From contig JBPGPT010000049.1 in NCBI GenBank assembly GCA_051047955.1, forward strand, positions 1 through 64,000: a stretch of 64,000 nt of DNA, written 5' to 3'. This document shows, in pieces, positions 12,005 through 22,484 of this stretch; positions within the stretch are counted from its first letter, which is position 1; every line of letters starts with the position of its first letter. The notes below the pieces were generated by a model. The model had not been told where the DNA came from, did not search any database, and saw only the letters and a list, made by a program, of their open reading frames with translations. The DNA is from Cystobasidiomycetes sp. EMM_F5. Lineage: Eukaryota. The translations under genes and the position numbers were made by a program.

Positions 12005-13572
12005 ATGAGCTCCAAGGATGGCCATGTCGACCTCGCTGCTGTCGCGAGAAGTGCGCCTGCCCCGGTCGTGTATCCCGTCAAGCTGACCGTGGCCGGTGAG
12101 GAGCTACAACCTGTTATATAACGAGTTATTGCTGAATTATCTGATAATGTCGCGCTGATTAGAGGGCTTCGTCTGCGGAGCCCTGGCTGGGATGGGCGCA
12201 TGCTGCTTTAGCAATCCATTCGAGGCGCGCAAGAGTTGGAGTCCGTCAAAAGGCTGATGGTTTCCTGACGGTTTGAATGTATCTTTACAGGTCGCAAAGA
12301 CTCGACTCCAGCTCGACGGCGAGCTCGCGAAAGCGGGGCAACACAAGCGCGTTTACAATAGCGCAGTAGATGCTATTACGAAAACATGGAAGTCTGAAGG
12401 ATTCAAGGGAATAAACGTACGTCTCGGAATGACCGCTAGAAGATACCTCGCGTTGACGTGCAATCCAGCGCGGACTGTATCCTGCATTCGCATACCAGAT
12501 ATGTCTAAACGGCTCGAGAATGGGCCTGTACGAACCCTTTCGAAGGTCGATAAACAAAGCTCTAGGACGGAGAGACACGGATCAAATAGCTGGCGTCAAC
12601 CTCGTCAGCGGGGCTACCAGTGGGATTGTGGGAGGTAAGCCAGGTATTGAGCATCTGGAGTCGTTAGCAGTCGCATTACAACCACGACAAACAGCGGCGA
12701 AGCCGCTTGAATTGCAGAAACAGCCACGGCGTTACAGCGAGTGTTGGACTTGCGGCGCAGAGACGCTGCTCTATTGCACCTCTCGTATCTGCCGCTCATT
12801 CAGGTCATGCTGACATACCTCTATGGTCTTTGATGCATCCTTACAGCGGTTCTCGGGAATCCACTATTTCTAGTGAAAGCGAGAATACAAGCCTTTTCTC
12901 CGTTCAATCCAGTTGGTGCTCAGCATAATTATCGGGGCGGCTTCCACGCTCTGTCGAGTATATGGAAGTCAGAAGGCTTTAAGGGGTTATATAGAGGCGT
13001 CGATGCAGCCATGCTGCGAACAGCGATGGGTAGCAGTGTATGTGCCGCTGGTATTCTTTGTACTAACGTCTTACTGATAGGCGCGTCTCTCAGGTCCAAT
13101 TACCAGCATACAACCTCGCCAAGGCGTACATTGGCGAATGGAATCTGTTCACACCCGGTTCCATTTGGATCTACCTCGTTGCATCCACATTTTCCGGCGC
13201 ATGCGTCTGCGCAGTCATGCAACCTGCCGATACAGCCCTGACGAGAATGTACAACCAATCACCCAATTCTATTGGGCCCGATGGCAAGATGCGAGGGTTG
13301 ATGTACAAGAACCCCATAGACTGCTTGTACAAGACCTTTAAGGCGGAGGGCGTAAGAGGGTGGTATAAAGGCTCGACGGCACATTTATTGCGGATAGCGC
13401 CTCATACGGTAGGTAGCGCTCACTCGGGTGCTCAACATCTAGGCTGATACATTTGTGGCTGCGTCGCTCTCTTCTGCAGGTTTTGACCCTCGTCTTCAAT
13501 GAGCAACTGGGTCAATACTACTCAAAGTTCAAGGCGAAACAAGCAAGCAGTACAGGCGTGACGCTAGCGTAA
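12005..13572 (+). CDS. OAC1: Mitochondrial oxaloacetate/sulfate carrier
   Basis: Three carrier repeats: NPFEVAKTRLQLDGEL, NPLFLVKARIQAFS, QPADTALTRMYNQ. YQICLNGSRMGLYEP and LRIAPHT are typical of OAC1. Confidence 0.9.
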
Positions 13573-14235
13573 AGGCGTCAAGTGGCAGATCGCGCCGCTG
13601 ACAGTAAAGGACAGCAACAAGCTGCGAAGCAACGCCATATAAAGGCGTTGCACCCAAAAAGTCTCATGTAAGAGATGCTTATGCCGCAACAAGCAGTCTA
13701 TGAGTGGTCAAGGTCGTGAGAAGTGTCGTGTCCATTACTGGGATACTGTATTGAAAGGATCAGTTCTCTGGCGCATGCCATGTTGTAGTCAATCTTTGCA
13801 CGAATGCATTTCGTAGCCATCTGCTTGATGTGCAGAGTCTGGCAATGCATTAGCATGTCCCGCAGCTGCGCGCTGATCACTGCACGGCGCGCCAGCTAGT
13901 ACTCATAATTGCACGATAGTTTATTTCGCGGTGGTGGTAACACTACGAAATTGCACGCTGGTAAGGCCGTTTCCTCTCAGTCTGCCTTCTCTCGTCCCAA
14001 ATCGTATTGCACGTTTGGAAAGTGTACTGCATTGCAAAAGTTGGAAAAGTTGGAATAGGAAGAGAAAGTTTCGCCCCTGGAGTAGACACTTGCAAACCGG
14101 CGAGATGCTTGTAGTATTGTGCGACGTCTCCCGAAACAAAAGTATATCTGTACAGAGAGGAAACAGCCTTCTTTCTAAGCGATTGCTCGGTATTGGCAGT
14201 CCAGTTTTATCGGGTAGAGAGTATCGTATTGACCT

Positions 14236-15005
14236 TTACGCCTTCTCGAATTGCTTTGCCCATGCCTCAAAGTCGAATTTTGGATCTTCTGGATCAGAAA
14301 TGACTGTGTCATCAAGAGGACAGGACGGCAATGTCAGCTTGTGCTCAGTGTGCCGTGCTTTCATGATCGTTTGGCAGTGAGAAAAGTGGACGAGCGCAGC
14401 AAAGATGCGAGGGTGTATTGCCGGGTGGTCTGGTCGTGTAGACACAGAGCTGGCCCGACTGCGCAACTGGGGATACTTGATGCCCAGCGAATGGAAATAG
14501 CGGCACCGCTACTTGTCGCCCGTGTGATGGTCTTTAAACCTGGGCAGCTTCGCTGCGCTCTCGAGGAGTAACTGCGAATACGGAGCGCACTATCGTACGG
14601 TGAAGTAATGCTCACCTTTTCCAGCGCCGGCCGCTTTATCTATCCCCCTCTCGAGCATTCCCAGCAACCCGGAGCCTTCCTGCTGTTTCGCGGCGTACTC
14701 CTTCTTTGCCTGCTCCACCCAGTGCTCGTACTGGTGCGCTTCCTGAGCTGCTTTATCGCTGTTGAAGCGGGCCTGCAGTGTCCTTCGGTGCACGATACCG
14801 TACAGGATTCCAAACCCGAGCGCAGAGTACCGGACGACCTGGAAATTTGAATAGAATGTAGAGAATGGGAGTGCGATCCGAATATCAGTATGTGCTTGTC
14901 TTTGAAGTCAGCGACGCCCCAGCTCGTCGAGCTTTGTATATATTCAACGACCCGGCCATGCCCGGTCTCGAATTGGTTGCAGAAACGCACATTCAGCGTC
15001 GACAT
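14236..15005 (-). CDS. TIM11: Mitochondrial ATP synthase subunit e
   Basis: Three exons: MSTLN / VVRYSALGFGILYGIVHRRTLQ..AKKEYA / VISDPEDPKFDFE. The N-terminal RYSAL..G..YG and C-terminal DPEDPKFD motifs are characteristic. Confidence 0.9.
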
Positions 15006-15656
15006 GGTGGACAGCGAATGCTTCGTCGTCGTCGTCGTCGTCGGAGCTTGCAGGAACTTTGACTGATTTGTATAGTCAAGGAAAAAGCACTTCAACAAAG
15101 TTCAAAATTGATCTCGAACCGCTAGGGTCGGCGCGACTTTCCGAAACAACGATGAGCAAGATGCAAGAAAGCGTCGATGGTGGTAATAAGTTATTTAAAG
15201 ACGCTCTTATCTATCGACACGGTGAAAAACAGCGACGCCGCAGACCTAGAAACTACGACATAAAGAGACGGGCCTCTTTCAAGCAGGGAAGGATGCTGCA
15301 ACGCGGCTCTTGCATCGCCCCGACGACAGAGCATGAGGTAAAGACTGCGAGTAATGGTATTGGAAGGTAACGTAGAGGTACATTGAAGTACCGATAGAGA
15401 TGCAGCACAGAATGCCAAAAGAAGTGACTGATTTCGTGATTGCTTTGCGGAGCGAGCCAGAGGGAGACGAAGGAGTAGGAGCAGGCAGACGGCAGCAAAG
15501 CAAAGCAAAGCTGCCATGCCATGGTCCCAGGAGCGAGGTCGGCTCGGGAGGAATTTGCGATAGTACAGGTCGAAAGTAAGCGATACATGTAATGTGGCAC
15601 TGCGATATTTTGACTGCTGAATTTTGGGTTGCCAGCCGTGGGCGCGATCGGAACGC

Positions 15657-16976
15657 TCAAGCCTTGCGAGCCAAGTCTTCCTTTCGCGAAACGCTAGCCG
15701 GGTCATAGAACGGCTTCTCCCCGAGAGAGACGCATCTATCGCCTGTACGCTTGTCGGTGCCGTAGTCGAAGATACCAGAATGCTGAGTCGATCTGTTGTC
15801 CTGTGTGCATGGCATAACGTCAGGATCGTTTCAACAACGGAGGGACCTGCATAGACTTACCCAAATTGCCAAATCATCCTTCTCCCACTTTAGTCTAGCT
15901 TGGAAGCTGAAATTCTCGGCCACGAGCGAGAAGAGGTACTTGAGTAGGAGATCAGATTCATCCGTCGACAATTCATTGATACGCTTGGTAAACGTCTTGT
16001 TGACGTAGATTGCCTTCCAACCTGTGACTGGGTTTGTTCGAATGACGGGATGGACTGCTCGTAGGTTTGATCCGTGATTGTCGGGATGTCCTCGGGTCTG
16101 AGTGTACAGTGCAAAGCCGTGTCGGGCAGATTGCTCGCGGAAAATGTCGGCGTCGTGCGTTGCAGTGAGACCGGACAGGAACTGCTGCATGTAGGGGGAG
16201 AGGAGATCGTAGGCAGAGTACATGGACGACCACATTGTATCACCTCCGCCATGAACGGGAATGGTGCGGAGCTGAAGTGCAGAGTAGTTTGAGGGGACGG
16301 GCTCAAACGATACGTCTGAATGCCAACCGGCAGAAGCAAAAGTCGATTTTTCATCGGCAAATGAAATCTGACGACCTTCTGCATCGGGGTGCGAGTCTAT
16401 GGTCTCTCCGCCGCGGATGAGTTCGCCAGCTTCGTTGAACTCTTTGGAGAGGGGGTGGATGTGTAGGTTGGATTCGGCGGGTCGTCCAGAGAGGATGCCA
16501 ATCTTGTCGACGAGCTTGTTGAGAAGGGCGGGAGTGAGGTTGCTCTGCTTGCGAACAAAGACGACGCCGCGGTGGGAGACTGTGGGAGATATGGGTCAGT
16601 GTGTGTTTACAAATCTTCTTTGCAGAAACGCCACAGCTGCGACCAAGAAAGTCTGAAGCTTCGACTCACCCAGACTTGCCAGCTCCTTGAGCACTTGTTC
16701 ACTCTCTCCGCTCTCCTCCTGCACCAGCCTGGCCAGGTCTAGCTGACCTGCCGGGAATTCCGTTCCAATTGCTGGGGTTGTCTCGAAAGAGAGTATTCCG
16801 CGTCGTTCAAAGAGGTCTGTGAGGGGGACAGTGGGCGATGACGATGAAGAAGAAGAAGAAGACTGCTGCTGCTGGCCATTGTGCGCTGGCCGCAGCTTGA
16901 GGACTCCAACCCTTCCATTGCTGTTTCCGTTTGATTGCTCCTCCTGGACTGTGCGAACCTGGGACGCCGACACCAT
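15657..16976 (-). CDS. TauD/TfdA-family Fe(II)/2-oxoglutarate dioxygenase (sulfonate-catabolism type)
   Basis: TPAIGTEF, RGVVFVRKQ, HxD motif GWHSDVSFE, GGDTMWSSMYSAYDLLSP, HPVIRTNPVTGWKAIYVN, spliced WDNRSTQH and R in KRTGDR. Stop TGA at 15657-15659. Confidence 0.9.
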
Positions 16977-17399
16977 TGCGTATGGGTATATCGAGGGCGT
17001 AGAGTGTGAATATGAAGTCGGTGTAGCGCTTGTGCTTGATGCGATGCGAGCTTTCAGGTCTTAGTGAGAAGGAAGGAGAGAAAGAAGCAAAAAAGTTGGC
17101 AAGTTGAGTAGTCAGCGGGTTGGCAGACGACAACCGAGGACGATGAAGCGTGGGGGGGTTGATAATGAGGATGATATAAATGATAATGATGATGATGATG
17201 GAGACTACGCCGTGGGGGGGTGTTTAGTATCCGTGGAGGACTGGAGGATATTCAAACATTTCTTATAATCAATCCATTATCGAGCTCACCTCTTTACTTT
17301 GCTATTCCCTCGTCGTCCTCACTCCAACGCCGTCGTCGTCGTCGTCCTCGCTGCTTTTAATCCAGGCATTGCGCAATTCTTTGGAAAAAGGTGCAATAT

Positions 17400-17560
17400 C
17401 CAATTACTAATCAGATTAGAATGGGTTTGTAATGAGGTGGAATCCATTAGAAATGATTTGTAATCTCATTATAAACCATTATAATGGCATTACAATTCAT
17501 TACAATGTCATCACAACCACTCTGATGGCATGACAATCCATTACAGTCTCATTACAAATG
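17400..17560. repeat. AT-rich degenerate ~10-11 nt repeat array (CATTACAA-like) with inverted copies
   Basis: Visible units cattataaac, cattataatg, cattacaatt, cattacaatg, catcacaacc, catgacaatc, cattacagtc, cattacaaat. Inverted tttgtaatg/tttgtaatc copies lie upstream. Confidence 0.75.
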
Positions 17561-17569
17561 TACAACCCT

Positions 17570-20176
17570 CTAATGTCCACCCACGGCACTCTCCAATGCC
17601 GCCTTGAATGAAGACGCCCCCTCCGCATTCTTGAACCGGAATCGCATAGGACACGGGCTGCCCTTGTCGAAGCCGAGGAGCGAGAGAAACGCCTTCTCCA
17701 CCTTGAGATTCATCGACGACGTCGGCGAAGAGAGGGAAAAGTTGACATTTACCCTCCCATTCGCATCGTTGCGCCCGAGCAGTCGAAGCTTGCCAGTGCT
17801 CCCGTCCCGCTTCACCTTTACGATGTTCACACCGTGCTCCACATACTCCTTCCTCCCCTCCCTCTCCTCCATCTTGTACAGCTTGACTCGTCCCTCGGCT
17901 AGCGTTACCTCATTCTCCTCGCCTGCACCCTCGCCAGTGAGTGGGTTCGTAGTCTTGTCACCGTCAGTCTCGGTACTCGCCTCGTCTTCGCCCTGCTCGC
18001 TTGGGGTGGCCGATAGACCCCCACCTGTAGTCGCAGATAGCCCACTCGACGCAGATAAGCCCCCACCAGTTGCAGCGTTTGACGACGTCGACGCAGCCGA
18101 AAAGCCACCAAATCCTCCAAACCCTCCAAACGTAGGTACACCACCACCGCTACCACCGCTACCGAAAGCCGAACTCGTCGTTGTCGTCGTCGTTGTCGCA
18201 CTACTAGGACTACCAAACGAGAAGCCTACATTCGAATTGAACGACTGGGGAGACGTCTTGGTTGCACCAGAAGCACTGCCAAATGAGAAGGCACTACTCG
18301 CTTTCGGTGACGAACCGCTCGTCGGACTGCTTCCACTCCCGCCTACGCTCCCAAACGTAAAGGCAGTCTTGGCGGGTGTGGAGGGGGTGACAGAGATGGA
18401 AGTGCTCGAGGCAGGTGCGCCGAATGTAGACGAAGGTGCGCCGAATGTAAAGGCAGGTGTAGAAGTAGTGCTAGAATTGGTCGTAGAGGGCTTCACTGTC
18501 GTAGCAGAAGATGGTGGCGCAGTGAATGAAAACCCAGTAAACGGCTTGTTTGCAGGAGGGGGAGAGGGTGCACTACTCTCATCCTGCACATTCTCAACCT
18601 GCCGTAACGGACTAGGCTGTCGTGCTCGCGAGGCATTCACCGGCATAAAGTGCGATGTTGCAGCTGATGCTGGTCCACTCGACGATTTGGGTGTCGCAGA
18701 GCTACTATTACTCGCGCCAGCCTGCGATTGTATTGTGCTACTCTTTTCCTTCTCTCCTTTATCACCACCAGTCGCTGTCGCCGAAGTGCTGGTCGCAGGA
18801 AACGTAAAGCTACTCTTCTCTGTACCCGCTTTTGAGGGATTAAACACAAAGCCTCCAGCAGGCAGCGTGGCAGGCGTCGAGGTCGAGCTATCCGACGCAT
18901 CGGGCTTGAATGACTGTCCTGCGAATGTAAAGGTAGAAGGTGGTGCTGGTGGTGCTGGTCCCGATGGAGTAGAAGCAGCAGCAGCGGCCTTGAAGTCCTG
19001 TTGAGGTCGTATTTCATAAGTCGCTTTGCCAGTACTTGGTACGGCTTGAGTCTGGACAGACGGTGCGGTGCTGCCGAATGAGAAAGAGGTAGAAGCAGGA
19101 GGTGTAGGTGCTGCTGCTGGTGCTGGTTTGCTGGCCGCTGGCGAGGTGGTGGAGAACGTAAAGCCAGCAAAAGGCGTCTTGGCTGGCGAATCGCCGGCGG
19201 CAGGAACAGGAGGCGCATTGGTCTTTGTAGCAGCTGTCTCGCTGGCCGCAGGTGTCGACTTTGCAGCAGTTTTGCCGAAGCTGAAGACTGGTGCAGGCGT
19301 TGTTGTACTCTTGGGCGCGTCGGCTTGTGGAGCTGGTAATGCTCTAGCAGCTGATGAAGCGGAAGAGGTCTCACTTGACTGCTTTCTCTTCTCCTCAATC
19401 TTATCCCGCTGTTCCCTGTAGTTCTTTGCAATCTGTTCCAGAGCGAATGCGAGGTCGTTGAATGGATCCTTTTCGAGCAGTCTTTGAATCGGCGGGACGA
19501 TGGAGAGGTTTAGTCCACGCAGAGCCGTGTAGTAGGCTACTTCTGGATCTTCATTGTCTTTTGTGGAGCTGCTCGACGGTGCGCCGAATGTACCGATATT
19601 GGTAGAGCTAGCTGGCGTTGTGGCAGGAGCTGGATTAAAGGTAAAGCTCTTGAATGGAGCAGGACCGGTACTACCATTGGAGGTAGCCTGTGTGGTAGAC
19701 GGAGTGCTCGTAGTGACACCATTGAAGCTGTTTGTCGATGGAGCAGCAAAACTGAAGCCAGTGAAGCTTGAAGCGGGCTGCAAGGACGCCGCGAGAACGA
19801 TAAACGACCGAGAAAGCGAGACGGATGCATTACTTTAACTCACAGCTGCGCCATTGCTTGATGCCGGGGTTGCTGATCCAAATCCTCCAAATGACGGCGA
19901 GAAGGCTGTTGAAGATGCTGATTTCGGAGCTGGAATCGCGGCGGCAGGAGTCTTGCGACCAGGCAGTCCCCGTATGCTATGACACCGGTCAGCGCGATGT
20001 CTGTTTTGTATTCAACGTCGAGCTCACGGCCTGGCTGCGAGTTGCTGTTCTGAAGCCCGTTTGAACGACGACGATGAGCCATCATTCTGGCCATTCTCGA
20101 GCTCATCATCCTCCTCCTCGTCGTCGTCGGCATTCCTGTCGGTCAGATACTTTTCCGCTCGCCGTTTTCCAGACAT
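17570..20176 (-). CDS. NUP2: Nucleoporin Nup2/Nup50-like (FxFG repeats plus RanBP1 domain)
   Basis: First exon MSGKRRAEKYLTDRN..FKRASEQQLAARP (Nup50 N-domain), YYTALRGLN, many FSFG/FTFG repeats, and a C-terminal RanBD (GEGAGEENE..RVKLYKM..KLRLLGRNDANGRVNVN). Confidence 0.85.
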
Positions 20177-20427
20177 GTTGGTTTGGCAGGGATCAAACAG
20201 CAAACAAGAATGAAAGAAACAAAAATGTTACGGCATCGCCTAAAGCTACAACGAGTCGCAGACTCTGGTCGCGTTTGTAATCAGAAGACGTGAAATTCAA
20301 GAAAAGACTCGCCGCTCTGCGTCCAAGTCCTTCGTTCAAAGACCCCCGTAATTCTCCGCATAAAGATACACGCACGAATGCGCACTCCAACTTTACTGCT
20401 TTGCCGTCTGCACTGCTTGCAGCCTGC

Positions 20428-21862
20428 TCACGCCCTCCTCTTCTTGATACCGGGGAGACCAGCTCCCAGGTTGTGTCCTCTTGCGCGATGTTGCTTGAAC
20501 TTGTATGACGCACTCGACTTGCCATTCGAGACTTCAGCCGGCTCAGCCGGTGGAAAGAACTTTGGCGTATTATCCACCAACATGCCTCGTCTCGACGAGA
20601 CACCCTGCTCCCTTGACGCTTCTGCACGACGCTGTTCAGCTTCTGCTCGGTGGGCAAGCATGGCAGCCTCTGCTTGATGCGCGGCACGACGAGCCAGGAT
20701 GTTGGAGAGCGTCAGGCCCCTCTGAACGACAATGGTAGGCTCTGCCATGTCTGATCGACGGACACGACGTTTGCTGCTGCATGATGACGTAGTCGAAGAT
20801 TGAGTGGCAGCTGCAGCAGATTGTGCTCTCGTCGAGCTAGCAGGAGCTGCAACATACTCTTCTCCGCCGTCATTCTCGCTGTCGTCTGATTCGTCCGTTT
20901 TAACAGAGGAAGGCGACGATGAAGACGCGCTCGATCGCTTCTGCTGAAGAACCCAGTTAAGCAGCTCAGCTGTGAATGGCTTTGTAGACATTCCGCTGTG
21001 ATCTGACGAGATGATGGAAAGTTTGGATGCAGTCTCCCCATCCTTTACCAATTCATTTTGGGTCTTTTTGGGAGAGTCAGTGCCAGCTGTAGTGTCGTAA
21101 CTTCCTGCAAATTGCCTAGAGTTTAGAATCGGGTTCAGTTCAGAGACTGTTCAAAGTTTAGCTCCATGCAACCTACCACACTGGCAGATTGACCTTGGCA
21201 ATAGCTGCCAACTTGTCAAAAGTTGGATCAGCTTTCTGCTGAGATAGGGTAGAGTCGCCCTTGGCTTCTGCTCCTCCAGCCGAAGGGAACAGGGCAGCGA
21301 TACGAGACGCAGAATCGACACCGTATCTCCAGCACCCTCGGCTTCCCATCGAGTATCCACCGACTGAGATCCGATCTGTGTCGACGGGGTACGCAGCAAT
21401 AACTTTATCGAGGACCTGCGAGCGACACATAAGATTGAGTTTATCAACAAATCACTTGAATGTGCTCACGTTATTGAGATACTCCGGACTCCAATGCCGA
21501 ACTTCCCCTCCTCCGGGCAGATACTTGGGAGAGACGGGAATGATGCTTGTGAATTTGGTCGCTGCAATTGTCTGCGCGTCTCCTCTATTTCCAGAATTGT
21601 ACTGACTGACGAGCTTGCCGATTCCATCGTACGTACTCAAAGACTTTGCGTCCTTGGCATCACCTCGAGCGCCAGAGCCCGAGAGAAAGAGGATGGCGGG
21701 CATCTTTTCTGTAGCGCCGTCTGGAATGTTGACGCAGTAGGGATAGTACGAGCCGAGGGATGTATCGCATACGTATTTGGCATTCGCGGTTGTAAGAATA
21801 AGCGAGAGGCTCAGCACAGCGGATAGCGTGGATCGAGCGGGGTTTCGGGTGAATGTGAGCAT
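20428..21862 (-). CDS. Secreted alpha/beta-hydrolase (esterase/phospholipase-like) with low-complexity C-terminal tail
   Basis: Signal-like N-terminus, PAILFLSGSGARG, VDTDRISVGGYSMG (GxSxG). Splicing continues to WQFAGSYD (Asp) and SDHS (His). Two introns. Confidence 0.75.
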
Positions 21863-22484
21863 TATGGATATGGGATTGATGAATGTGGATGGAGTATGAG
21901 CGGTGATGTGGTGTGGACGTCGTTTTAAGATTACTTTGAAGGAAAAACGGCCAGCCGTTTTGAATTATGCAGGACTGAGATGGTTTGAACTGGCGGGACG
22001 CGGTGAATATAAAGATACGTGGTTTTAAAATGACTTGGATATGGAATACTGATACTGCAATGCGTGCGTTGGCTGTTTAAACTGATATCTTGCCAGTTTT
22101 CGACGGAAACCAGTCCTATCGAGGTCCTTCAAATTGGCTGGCAGAGTGCGAGTCCCGTCGTGTGATACGCCAACACTCAGTGCTGTGCTCGTCGTCGCAG
22201 CGTTAAAACTTTTGAAAAGTGTTGGACGGGATCCAAAGCGCAAACATCTCAGACAAAAACAACGGGGCGTCGAATATCGAATTACGATTCAAAAGACAAC
22301 GCATACCGAAAGTTGTCCTACGTACAGAAACTCGACAGAAAGGATTAGTCTAGGCGGGGTCAACTTAGCGCTACAGGTGTATAGACCGATACATGTATGT
22401 TTGGCCAGCGAACGGTGCATTAGAATATGAATATAATAACTTGATGATTAGTGTCCTTGTCAAGAGAGGGTGTATTGCGATAGA

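Noticed and set aside
17604..19004. 466-aa plus-strand ORF
   Set aside because: Antisense shadow of the low-complexity Nup2 FG region with no independent motifs.
21151..21180. Frame ending in AKL (PTS1-like) within the hydrolase intron
   Set aside because: It is in a different frame from the hydrolase. Intron retention stops at VW*, and the protein has a signal peptide.
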